The translations under genes were made by a program, and so were the position numbers. Of a DNA stretch of 64,000 nucleotides, positions 47,760 through 60,290 are shown one piece after another. Below the pieces are notes generated by a model. That model had not been told where the DNA came from and searched no databases. It saw only the letters and a program-made list of their open reading frames with translations. The DNA comes from Azolla caroliniana (lineage: Eukaryota; Plantae; Polypodiophyta). Each line of letters opens with the position of its first letter. Position 1 is the stretch's first letter. The stretch lies in the NCBI GenBank assembly GCA_043228905.1, contig JBHGNT010000011.1, positions 16,492,001-16,556,000 of the forward strand, read 5' to 3'.

Positions 47760-49669
47760 GTTATGGCCCCCTATCCTAAGAGGTGTGGTGGATGTTGGTA
47801 TAGGTTGGCAACCAAAAAGGTGTAGTTGTCCTTGGGCCATAGTTATACTTGCTTAACCCGCCAAGAGGTTAAAATGTCTTTATCTTTGCCTTCAATGAGT
47901 ACCTTATGGCCATTCACCATCTATGGACTGCTTTCATTTGGGTTTATTTATAAGTTTATGATTTGTGGTGGTAGATTTGAATATTAGTTCTCTCTATTTG
48001 TTTTGTGTGACAAATGGGATTGCTTCCCTTTTTCTTAGAGCTTGGGGCCTCAAATCTGGTGGTAGACATGAGAGATGTGATACTATTTGTGAGATTTTAT
48101 GCTTGGTTATTTAGCCTCATGCCAATAAGTGTTACTCAAATCCCTTTGGCATAAAGAAATAAGTCCTCAAGCTAGCCCAATATGAAAAGTTCGTACAATA
48201 TCCGAGTATGCATGACTCTTGCCATCTTCATTGTCTTCCCCACTTTGCAACGAAGTGGCTAGCTAAGTGGTGCAACCAAGCGTATATATTTGCTAGGTCA
48301 AGATGGGAATGTTATGTACCTACCATACCTTTCACTTCCCAATGTCTGAAAATATTGACATTGCGATTGGTGCCTCAGGGACAAGTCTATATCTAGGAAT
48401 AAAGGCCTAAATATCATAAAAGACTAAATAAGCCAAATTTGGTGCTCTTTCGAGTTTTGTGTTCTCTTTTTCCTTGTGTATTTAAGTCATAGTTGTTTTA
48501 TTCTCTCTCACACACCTTTGGTAAGCTAAGTGACCCTCACCTCAAGTTAAAAGCTCAAACCCTTAATTTCCATCTAAGTATTTGAGCTTCATCTTGTAAA
48601 GCAAGGTTGGTTTCATAAAGGTAATGAGAGTGGTGTGTTGTTGGCCTATATATTTCTCTTGTTTCCCTTAATTAAGTAATTACTTATTTTTTATAATGTG
48701 GATTATGAATTTTCATTAGCTTGTTTAAGTAGCCATTCACAATATTATAGCAAGTCTTTGAAGTTGACTCATTAATTAAACTAGCTTACTACACTTGAGC
48801 ACATCTAACACCCCTTCTCTCTTGTCTAACCAACAATATGGAATGTTAAGTAGGTTGGTGTGAACACCTTTTTACTTGACGTGGCACAATGCACAAGCAC
48901 ATAGAGGTGCATTATGACTTTATTTGACATATAATCTTAGTAAATGTCACTAATTTTTGCCGCACATGAGCAAATGGTCGACATTTTTAGGAAAGCCCTT
49001 AATGCGTTTAAATTTCAAGCATTCAAAGAGATATTGGGACCCCACAACATGCGCTTGAACGAGAATGTTATGATACTCATACAAGCTCAATGTGTAAGAA
49101 AATTTAATGCATTGATTGTTTGAAGTAAACACTAAATATTCCACTACATTTGAAAATATTTGGTGTGCTTGTATGTGTCTAGACGCGGGAATAGAAATTA
49201 GTCATCATTTTTGTGTCTCTATGAGTTTCTTGTAATATTCATATTTTCCTCCACATAGTGAGGGTGTTCTAGTATTCTATGATATTGTAACATGAAGCTA
49301 GATATCTAACGCTTCCTACAAGTTTGTCACTAGAAGGTTCTAAAGAGCTTGAGCTTTTCGGCTAGGCTCACTTTAGAAGGTGTTTCCATAAATATGAGAT
49401 AATTGGGATCCTCTATCAGATATTACATTCTTTAGAATATCATAAAGCTTGTCAGTAGAGTCCAACATAAGTCTAGTGATGACTTGTCCAATTATACTTT
49501 ACGTTTCTTATATTGGGGATCAAACCATGGAAGAAAAGAGGTGGAACTTGAACACAATTGTTCCTTTTGCTCAAGTCAATCTTGCCATAAAAACAAGTCA
49601 TATGAGGAAGTTTTCCTTTACGTTTCTTATATTTATAGTCTTTCACAAGGACCCATCCGACTGGAAGCT

Positions 49670-50352
49670 ATATGACACTTGAAGAACCGGCCGGATTCGG
49701 ACAAGAAATCGAACCGATCAAAGAAGAAGAATCGGACACCGGAACCAGACAAGACCCCGAATCGGATTCGGATGAAGAACAAATCGAGGAACTGGTGGTC
49801 AAAAACCAAGGACAGAGATATCTTGTCAGAGAGAGAAGGGACCCCCAAATATTTTTGGATGCAAAGCATGTGTTGCTGACCAACGAGGGGGAGCCGGAAA
49901 GCTTCGAGGAAGCGAAGAAAGACACCCACAACCGCAAGTGGTTAACTGCCATGAGGACGAGATGGATTCCCTGCATGAGAACCACACATATGAATTGATG
50001 GAGCCGTCAAAAGAAAAGAGAGTGCTCCGGAATAAGTGGGTGTACAAGCTGAAACCGGGAGACGCCGGAAATCCACCAAGATACAAAGCTCGGATCGTGA
50101 TGAAGGGTTTCCAACAGAAAAAGGGGGTGGATTTCGACAAGATCTTTGCCTCGGTACTCAAGATGACATCCATCGGGATTGTGGCATGCATGGACCTCCA
50201 GGTCGAGCAGCTAGACGTCAATACGACGTTCCTGCACGGTGACCTCGAAGAAGAGATCTACATGCAACAATCGGACGAGTTTGTCAAGAAAGGGAAGGAG
50301 CACTTGATATACCGATTGAAGAAGAGCTTATACAGACTGAAGCAAGCTCCAC
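49670..50352 (+). mobile_element. Ty1/copia RT fragment, different from the adjacent full element
   Basis: EPESFEEAK..W; NKWVYKLK..RYKARIVMKGFQQKKGVDF..QLDVNTTFLHGDLEEEIYMQQ..LKKSLY.LKQAP. Confidence 0.85.
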
Positions 50353-50364
50353 CTTCATTGAATC

Positions 50365-53300
50365 TATTGAGAAGCAAGCTCAACGTAGGCCGGATCAATT
50401 AAAGAAATCGAGAGCCGGATCGGATGAAGACCGATCAGCTAGACTGTATCGGTTGAAGAAGCCAAGAGCCACATCGAATAAAGACCGTAGGCCGGATCGG
50501 CTGGAGAAGCCGACATGCTGTTAGAGGCGTACATTCCTATTTTAGTAAATAGGAGTAACCTTAGGAGCTAGTGTCAGATGCTCTATATGAGCATTAAAGT
50601 ATTGATGGTACTTGTGTCAGCCCACAGTCAAGACTTGTATAAAAGTGCTCACTGAGCATAGTCATATGGACAGAGTGATTATTTTGAATTGATTTTTTTT
50701 TCTGTGTTCTGCTCTCTCTGTCTCTCTCGCTTACTATGTATCTTCATACTCTCAGTGTTTCCTCTGTTGTTGTCCGGTTAAGCCAGTTGTGTTCTGTTTT
50801 TAGCTTCTGCACATAATCTTTACATGGCATCAAAGCGCAAGGGTTGAGAATCCTCTGTTTCCGACAAGCGCTTCAACACAGACAAGCTCTTAATCTCTGG
50901 ACAAGTACAGATAGAAAAATGGATAGAGGAATGGGTGGTGCTCTTCCAACAGAGAAGTTGGACAGAAGCAACTACACATCTTGGGAATACAAGATGCACC
51001 AATACTTGCTTGGGCATGGCTACTAGAGTTACATCCATGGAGAAGATGAGGTAGCGCAAGAATCAACACAAGGATTTTTTGGCATGGGAGCAGGCGGCAA
51101 GTAGAGTCTTGTACTGCCTTGCATCCTATATGCACGATCAGATGTCGGGTTATATTCGTAATGCAAAGTTGCCTAAGGAGGCCTGGGAAAATTTGAAGAA
51201 GAGTGGCGCCGCAAGTACCACGGCCCGGAAGTTGCAACTCCATCAAAAGCTCAACAATATCCGATAGAGAGAAATCGACAACAATCGCACTATGTTGAAG
51301 GCTGAGGAGCCCAATGGGACCATCTTTTCTAATGAAGCACAAGGCCAATACGGTGAAGATGAGCACCTCGAAGCCAAACGAGGTGTGGTACGTGGATTCT
51401 GGCGCATCCAACCATGTGACGAACCATGAAGAGTGGTTCTCATATCTCGAGAAGCCTAAACAGTCGGGGTCATCGAAACTAGTGATAACACCCCTCATCC
51501 AATCGAGCACATCAAAGATGTCCCCTTGAGCCATGTCGGTCAGAAAGGGAGGCTAAGGAACGTCATGCATGTCCCGACGATCACCAAGAACTTGGTGTCA
51601 GTCGCACAAATCGTCGATCAAGTAATGTTGTCCAATTCACTCATCTCGGGTGCTTCATCGAAGAAAAAGGCCAACTAATCGTGCAAGGGCGCAACGAAGG
51701 GAGGATGTTCATCCTCGAAACAAATTATGTCGGCACCACAATGTTCGCCAAAGAACAAAAAATCGAATAGGACATCGACTTGTAGCACAAGCGCATCGGC
51801 CACGTCAACTTCCAAAGGCTTCAGGAGTTGCAAGCGAAACAAATCATGTTCGGCTTGTCAAAGTTCAATGGTCGGAAGGCCCAAATTTGTGAAGCTTTTC
51901 AGCTAGGAAAGCAACACCGGCTTCCTTTTCCCAATGAACGCAATCAGAGCCATAATAAGCTCATCGTAATCCATTCGGATGTGACATGGGGACAGGCACA
52001 GAATGTGAGCCTAGGCGGGAGTCGATATTTTGTCTCCTTCAATGACGACTATAGCCGACACACGTGGATCTACCTCATAGAGAAGAAGACTGATGTCCTT
52101 GATTGTTTCCAAAACTTGAAGAGTCTAATGGAGAGAGAAACGGAGAGGAAGATCAAGTGTCTGCCATCGGATGGCGGAAAAGAATACTTTTCCGGCCAGT
52201 TCAACTTTTATCTACAACATATAGGAATTCGGCGCCGATTCACCTACAGATATACGTCGGGGCAGAACGACGTGGGCGAAATCAAGAATTATTCAATCAT
52301 GGAAGCGGCACGGGCAATGCTAGAAGAGAAGAGCATGCCCAAATTTTATTGGGCCAAAGTCATTCAGATGGCATTGTACATCCAGAATCGAATTTCTACA
52401 CACGGAGAAGCAATCTCCGCGGAGGAAGCAAAGGAAATGACTTACCCACAAAGAGAAAAGGAAGAAGAAGATGTTGGAGCATGAAAATCTTGAAGGCATG
52501 TTGGATCGGAGTTAGTTCGACGAGGCCATGAGTGAAGATGGACCTTTAGAGCTGAGGTCAAAATCGGCCAAGAGGGCCCTAAAGACCGCCAACGAAAGGT
52601 TGCGCCGATCAACTCGCCAAATGAACCCTGTAATTAGGTACGCTTACAATGAGTACATGGTGCATCACTATGCGTACATGACAACGGTGGTGAAAATACG
52701 CGAGCCAGAGAGCTACGCGGAAGAGACACAAAATGCAAATCGACAAACAACCATGAAGGAAGAAATGCAGGCACTAGCTGACAATGAAACATGGGACCTG
52801 GTTGACGCCCCCAAGGGTGTGAAGTTGATTGGATGCAAGTGGGTGTATAAGATCAAGTACAATGCCGACGGCTCTGTCAACCGGTACAAGGCCCGACTAA
52901 TGGCCAAAGGTGACATGCAGCAGCAGGGCATCGACTACAATGAGACATTCGTGTCGGTTGCCAAGATGACAACCGTCTGAGTGTTGCTGGCGGTAACAGC
53001 GACAAGGGGGTGGCATCTCCATGAAATGGACATCAAGAACGTGTTTCTTCAAGGTGACCTTGAAGAGCAGGTATTTATGGTCCAATCCCCTAGATTTCAT
53101 TCAAAGTTGAACAAGTTTGTAGTATATCGGCTAAAGAACTCACTTTACGACCTCAAGCAAGCCCCACGAGCTTGGAACTCTAAAATCACGCAACGGTTGC
53201 ATAAGATGGGGTTTGAGGTCTCAAATTCGACTCCTCCTTGTTCATCCGAAAAGGTTAGAAAGGCCCAATCTGCATATTATTGTACGTGGATGACCTGGTC

Positions 53301-55079
53301 ATCACCGACGTCGACCTTGCTGAAATCACCTGAGTCAAGTCCTAGTTGTCCGTTGCATTTGAGATGAAGGATTCGGGGGACCTTCATTACTTCCTCAGGA
53401 TCGAAGTGATCCACACCCCCGACATCATATTTCTCACTCAACGACACTATGTCTTGAATATGTTGTACAAATTCGGAAATTTGATAGATTGTTGATCCTT
53501 CACCACTCCTCTTGACCAAAACATAAACCTTCGTCATGACTCGGGAGTGGCCTACGATGAGAAACGGTTCTGGAAAATTGTCAGAAGCCTGATATACTTA
53601 ACGATCACTCGACCCAATCTCAACTATCCGGTCATGTAGAGACTAACAATCAAGCACCTTCAATGCAGGCATCAGATATTGCGATACATGAGCGGCACGA
53701 AGGATCGTGGACTGTTATACCGGGACGGCATCACCAAACAGTTGGTCAGCTACACAGATGTGGAATGGGCCGGAGATGCCATAGATCGTTGATCAACATT
53801 CGGTTTTATGTTCTCCCTTGGGAGTGCGGCGATCGCATGGAGCAGCAAGAAATAGTCGATGAGTACTGAGGAGCCACCATCGCTACATGTGAGGTCATAT
53901 GGCTCAAACGGCTATTGCAGGATCTGCAAGTGGAAGTTACCAATCTGATCCTGATCTACTGTGACATCATCAGTAGTATGCAGTTGGCAAAGAACCTCGT
54001 CTTCCATGCTTGCACGAAGCACATAGAAGTGCACTATCACTTTGTGCGCGAGCGGGTCATCAGCGGTGAAGTCGAATTGAACTACATTCAACCCGATCGG
54101 CAGGTCGCTAATATCTTCACCAAGGCACTCGAACTAAACAAGTTGTAGCACTTCTCGGAGATGCTTGAACTTCGACATCTCGACGTGCCACACTTGAGGG
54201 GGAGAACAACAATTGCGAGATCAGGTGCAGACAACAAAAGTGATGACGAGCTGGAACAAGAGCCAACCAAACGAAAGAGGAGAGCCAAAGAAGAAGGCAA
54301 ATTGGAGACAGTCGGTTCGAGTAAGGGAAATGATTCAGACGAGCCGAATTATATGAGAGCCAAGCATACAAGAAGGTAGTTGAAAACGACAACGAATCAG
54401 GAGTATGGACGGGTCAAAGAGTGCCCAAATCGTAGAGGCAAGAAGAAGACCAACGAAGGCGTGAGGAGTAGAGAAGCCAATTGGATAGGTCGAGGTGTGC
54501 GGGATCGGATGGGTTGAGGAGAGCGACCTAGGAGGCAAGCTGGCGGAAGGAGCCAAGACGAAGAACCTGCAGAGTAGAAGGAACCCCAAGTTGAGCTTGA
54601 GGGGGAGTGTTGAGAAGCAAGCTCAACATAGACCGGATCCGATTCGGCTAAAGAAGTCGAGATCCGAATCGGATGAAGACCGATCGACTAGACCTGATCA
54701 GCTGAAGAAGCTGAGAGCCACATCGGATGAAGACTGATTGTTAGGCCGGATCGGTTGGAGAAGCCACCAAGCCATTAGAGGCGTACATTCCTATTTTAGT
54801 AAATAGGAATAACCTTACGAGTTAGTGTCATCTGCTCTTATGTGAGCATTAAAGTACTAATGGTACTTGTGTCATCCTACAGTCAATGCTTGTATAAAAG
54901 TGCTCATTGAGCACAATCATATAAACAGAGTGATTATTTTGAATTGAAATTTTGTTTTGTCTTCTGCTCTCTCTGTCTCTCCCGCTTAGAATGTATCTTC
55001 ATACTCTCTGTGTTTCCTCTGTTGTTGTCCGGTTGAGCCGGTTGTGTTCTGTGTTTAGCTTCCACACGTAATCTTTACA
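50365..55079 (+). mobile_element. Full-length but degenerate Ty1/copia retrotransposon; LTRs 50365-50824 and 54608-55079
   Basis: Similar LTRs T(A/G)TTGAGAAGCAAGCTC...AATCTTTACA; TSD GAATC/AAATC; iMet-like PBS TGGCATCAAAGC at 50825; PPT TTGAGGGGGAG. Gag KLDRSNYTSW, protease WYVDSGASNH, integrase HSDV..YFVSF.DD, RT KWVYKIK..RYKARL, RNase H KHIEVHYHFVRE. Many stops and frameshifts. Confidence 0.93.
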
Positions 55080-55156
55080 AAATCAAAGTTTCAACCTCGC
55101 GCAAGAAATGTAATGGTTATGCCTTATATCAAGTAGATATATTTGAGTACAATGTT

Positions 55157-55210
<54 letters not shown>

Positions 55211-55858
55211 TGTGTGTTGGGGGAGAGAGAGAGAGAGAGAGGGTATACTGCGAATAAAAAAGTCAATTATGATGACAAAAATGCAAGTGTGATGGCCGAG
55301 AGTGTTAGAGAGAGAAATATCTAATGCATACAAAAAGTCAATGTGAGATGACTAACACAACATAAAGATGGAGACAACACTTTAAAGGTATAAAGACATG
55401 CTTACTAAAAGACCCACCAAAGAATTTCTCTCACATGAACATATACAAGGATACATAATGGATAATTATGGCGTATACATATGTAAATTATAAGCCTTAA
55501 CTTTACAATGTGCACATACAAGTTCTAAGTGGAAGAGGAAGGGAGAGGGAGAAGGCAAACATATAGGCATCATTGTAAGAAAATTCACAAAAAAACAAGA
55601 GAAAGGAGTAATGATTTGAAATAAAGAAGTATATGATGTGATGATTTCAGTTGAGATGATTTTTTGTTGACTTGCATTCAAAAAAGATAACTAAAAATAT
55701 TGTCCTAAACGAAATCAAAACCCTTCTGGATATGCATAGAGAAATCACAAACCAATGAACTCCAAATAGTTCTACTTTCTACGCAACACAAGAATGAATG
55801 TTGTAGCCCTTCATACCATAGATATAATAACACGACACTAGTTGAGCACAAAAGACAC

Positions 55859-55889
<31 letters not shown>

Positions 55890-57303
55890 TGAGGACAATC
55901 ACAAACTCTTCTCACAATCGTCAATATTGGACAAGGTAGAGAAGAGAGGGGGGGGAGAGGGGGGGACCATGGTTCATTTAAGGTGAGGCCAAACCGAAAA
56001 TAATCGATGACAATGAATATGGGAAGTGATTGATTGATGGGCACATAGATGATGATAAGTTGAATATAAGATTCCACGAGGAATTATTAGGGGACACACG
56101 ATGAATGATGGGAGGAATAGGGTTGGCCAATTGCCAGACATAAAGGCAGTAAAGCAAAAACTAGACATTAATAGTCAACCCCTCACTACCCCCTATCTAG
56201 AACACATACACATACACATATACATACATTTAACCCTTCATCTTAGGGCTATAAATCTTACTATCTAACTCTACAATGCTTACATGCTAACTAACTAACT
56301 AACTAAATCACGTGTGGATGGAAATTAAGTTAAACTGGGTTTTCTTTTAGTTTCTGTTTTTCCCCCCCTTCATTTTGATGGACTTTTGCCTAGCCAACCC
56401 TGAGAATCATGTGAGCCAAACAAAAAACCGAAGAAACGAACAAAAGAGGAAGATGAAGGTGACGCACGTTCTAATTGAATGGAAAAGTTAAAAAGGCAAA
56501 GAAAAAAGCAAAAAAAAAGCCATTTTGCTTGTGACAAAAATGAGTCAGTCAGAGGAAAGGGCTTTTTCTTCTCCAAACTTAAAAAATCGTTCTGAAGAAA
56601 AGGAGAAGAATGTGAAAGAAACAAAAATGATGGCGTTATAGGAAATGGTGTGTCACATTAAAACTTGTGTTATTTTACCTCCCCAAAGACCTGAACACGA
56701 AAAGAAAACAAGCAGACATTTGTAATTGCAGAGATGGATGGCATGCTCAGGACATGAATGAATGAATGAATGAGTTTTCGTTCAATAATTAAAACTCCAT
56801 TTGATGAAGTCCTGCGTAAACGACACATATAAAGAAATAAACATTAAAAAAAAAAGAACCTGAAAGATCTAAACAAATAATGATTCTGATTTATCACTGC
56901 CAAAAAACTCTGGATCAATTATCAAACAAAAAGAGCCAGTGGTGAAGAATTACAAGGCAAAGGAAGATCAGTTGGAGGAGAGAGGTGGGGGCGGGGGGGG
57001 AGGGAGCGGCAGGTAAGAAGAAGAAGAAGAAGGGAGGAGAGGAACAATAATCTATATGTTTATATATAGATGTATAATGCCGTGTCTGTGGATAATTAAT
57101 TTCTGGATATATATATATATATACCAACGAGCAAGTTAATCCGTTCCTGCATCCTTCGACTCCAAATGTATATATGTCTCAGGGCTCTGTGTGTGTTTGT
57201 GTGTGTAGTCTGAAATTTGAGAGTCTGTGTTAATAATGGATGGAATTGTATATTGGTGGGAGGGAGGAGTGAGTAGAGAAGGAAAATGATGGCGAGAGAT
57301 CGA

Positions 57304-58596
57304 TCAGTAAGGGGCGGCGGCTCGTGAGCCGGCGGCGGCAGCAGCAGCCGCCCACGCCAGAACGTCTTGAGGCAGCTGGCTGCAATTCAGGGAGCCGGCG
57401 GAGTTGGTGTTGAAAAGCGACATGCCGCAGGAGACGGCATCGGAAGGCGGCGTCTGCTGTCCGCCGCCGCCGCCCACCAGCTGGCAGCCTCCGCCGGCGG
57501 AGGACGTCATCTGGCTGACGTCGTCGTCCGGCAGGAGCGGCAGCCGCTCGTAGGAGGGGTTGAGAAAGGAGGCGGCGATAATGACCACCGGCCCTGCGGC
57601 GGTGAGCGTGCCCACCACGCTCCCCCCTACCACCTGCCCCTGCGCCCCGGCCAACGAGATGGTCAGGCCCCCCGACGTCAACGACCCCGCCGACGGCGAC
57701 GGCGACGGCGACGGCAGGAAGGCCCCGGACAGCGACAGGATCTCGAACCTCCCGTGGAACGTCACCGTCGCCCCCGGCGCCGTCGGCTGCCGCAGCGTCA
57801 CGTTCGCCACCGTCCCGTTCCCGCTCAGGACGCACAGCCCCCTCTGCCTCCGCCTCGCGAACCCGGCCACGCTCTCCACCACGTCATGCCCGCCCGCCAC
57901 CTCCAGCACATGCGGCCGCATCGCGTTCTCGCTGTCCCGCGTGATGATCACGGGCGGCTTCGGCTTGTTCTTGGAGCCCGGGGGCCGCCCGCGTGGCTTC
58001 CGTACCACCATCAACCCATGGTGATGGTCCATATGCCCGCCGCCGCCGCCGCCCAGACCGGATTTGAGCCGCTTGATCCGCCCCATTTGACCGGTGCTCC
58101 TGCTGTTCTCGTCGTCGTCGTCGTTGTCGGAGCTGTCGTTGTCGTGGCCCATCGACTCCCGGCTGAGGCCTTGGATGCTCTGCATCTGCTGCTCGTGATG
58201 GTGCATGTCGCGCAGATGCTGCTGCTGATCTTGGAGGAGCTGGAGCTGGGATTGGCGATGAGGGTGGAGGACGTGATGGGCAGCGACCGTGCCGCCGAGG
58301 GGCTGGTGTTGGAGGTCGAAGAGGTGGGGCTTGTGGTCTTGATCCGGGGTGTGCTGTTGTTGTTGAAGCTGCAGCTGCTGGTTCTCTGCGGAGCCATGGT
58401 GAGTGTGGTGAGGATCGCGATGCGAATGCGATTGAACGAATTGGTGGTGTTGCTGCTGGTGGGGATTGAATGAGGTGAAATGGAGATTGCTAGAATTACT
58501 ACTGTTATGTTGCTGGTGATGCTGGCCTGAATGGACGATATGATGGCGATGGTGCTGCTGCTGCTGAGAGGATGGGCTACCTGGGTCCAAGGCCAT
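57304..58596 (-). CDS. AHL: AT-hook motif nuclear-localized protein (clade A AHL; one AT-hook plus PPC/DUF296), intronless, ~430 aa with a long His/Gln-rich N-terminus
   Basis: [94 protein letters not shown]. First ATG at 58596 (MALDPG). Confidence 0.93.
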   Translation of the reverse strand: MALDPGSPSSQQQQHHRHHIVHSGQHHQQHNSSNSSNLHFTSFNPHQQQHHQFVQSHSHRDPHHTHHGSAENQQLQLQQQQHTPDQDHKPHLFDLQHQPLGGTVAAHHVLHPHRQSQLQLLQDQQQHLRDMHHHEQQMQSIQGLSRESMGHDNDSSDNDDDDENSRSTGQMGRIKRLKSGLGGGGGGHMDHHHGLMVVRKPRGRPPGSKNKPKPPVIITRDSENAMRPHVLEVAGGHDVVESVAGFARRRQRGLCVLSGNGTVANVTLRQPTAPGATVTFHGRFEILSLSGAFLPSPSPSPSAGSLTSGGLTISLAGAQGQVVGGSVVGTLTAAGPVVIIAASFLNPSYERLPLLPDDDVSQMTSSAGGGCQLVGGGGGQQTPPSDAVSCGMSLFNTNSAGSLNCSQLPQDVLAWAAAAAAAGSRAAAPY

Positions 58597-58909
58597 CAAT
58601 TTCTGGCTATGCTTTTGGTTTATATGACGATTGGGATCAGGCAAGCGAAGGGAACGACAGCGTATAATATTAATCTATTATTATTGTCATGGTTGGGATG
58701 CGGGAATGAAAGAAAGATGCTCTACCCCCCCCTCTCCTCTCCCTCTCCCTCTCTGCCTGCAGCAGAAGCTAAAGGTTAAAAAATATATAACAATAAAAAA
58801 GCCATTCCTCTGATTAAAAAGGGTGGGGGGTATACTCCACAATCCCTCGGCTCGTATAGGAAGAACTTTCTTCCACTGCAGACCTTCAGATCAACACACA
58901 TACAGAGAA

Positions 58910-58930
58910 GGTAGAGAGAGAGAGAGAGAG

Positions 58931-58977
<47 letters not shown>

Positions 58978-59888
58978 CTTATGAATGTGAGAGATGTAGC
59001 TCTACGTTATTTTAGGATCCCTGAGGATGAAGAAGAAGATGATGATGATGATGATGAGAAGACCAGGCTGGGTAGGCAGCTTCTACCCTAGGGGTTGTGG
59101 GGATGGAACTCTCAAGGAGGCTGCAACCCGTGAAGAGAGAGAGAGAGAGAGAGAGCAGGTCGTAGTAGTAGTGTAGTGGATATCTAGATAGAGGTTGAGA
59201 TAGTCACAGCAGTTCTCTCTAGAGAGAGACGGACAGACAGACAGACAGAAGGGGAGGTGGAGGAGACAGAATCAAACCCGGCCTTTAGTATAAAGCGAAA
59301 CAAATCTGCTGAAATGTCTAGAGAGAGAGAGAGAGAGAGAGAGGAGGGGGGACAATAGGTTTGAACGTTATATGCAGAGGAGAGGGGCTTGGGGGGGGGG
59401 GGGGGGAAGGGAGGGGAGGCGGTGGACCTGTGGAAGGAAAAAAAAACGTAAAGCTCTTTTTTTTCTATGCTTTTTAACCTAAGAGAGATACCTAGAATGG
59501 AAATACTAGGTGGGAGAGAGAGAAGTCGTAGAGAATTATGGCGCACACACACATACATACATATATATACATATTATATAAACAAAAGCAGAGAACCAAC
59601 CACCCCCCCCCCCCCCTTCCTGCTCCTCCCCCTCCCAGCTTAAACAGAGAGGCAGGCTAGGGTGAATTTGCAATGATGATGTTGATAGATAGATATAGAT
59701 ACATAGATAGATATAGACAGACAGAGGGACAGAAGAGACAGACAGACGCAGAGAGAGAGAGAGAGAGAGGGAGGAAGGAGAGGGAGAGGGAGAGGGAGAG
59801 GAGAAGGAACTTGGTGCAGGGCCTGATGTACTTCTGTCATCCAGGGCTTTTAGTTACTAAAGATGAACGTGAGCATAGAAAGAAAGAT

Positions 59889-59925
<37 letters not shown>

Positions 59926-60290
59926 AAAAAGATAATTAGTTTTTTTCGCCAAGGTTAAATAAAAGCTGCAATGGGTCGAAACAGATCCTTTAAGCCTGCG
60001 AAAGGGAAATGTGAGACGTAGAATGAACGTGCAGCGTAGAAGAAGAGAAGGAGGAGGAGGAGGCGAAGGGGAAGGAGAGAAGAAACTGGGAAAAGCTAGG
60101 GTAATAGACTGTACCAGAGAGAGAGAGAGAGAGAGAGAGGTGAGATCATGAGCTATAGTATATAGCTAGTAAGACTGACTGACGACTCACTCTCTAGGGG
60201 GGCTGTAGAGAGAAAGAGACTAGGTATAATGGAGCCATTTCCATGACCACTCTCTCTCTCTCTCTCTGTCTCTCTCTTTCTTTTTGGGTG
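58910..60290. repeat. Cluster of (GA)n, (GT)n and G/C-run microsatellites upstream of AHL
   Basis: (GA)n at ~58912, 59133, 59320, 59750, 59892 and 60117; (GT)n at 58934-58975. Confidence 0.9.

Noticed and set aside
57230-58473. Antisense and alternative-frame ORFs over AHL (368, 201, 154 and 128 aa)
   Set aside because: Expected shadow ORFs of very GC-rich coding DNA, with no recognisable domains.
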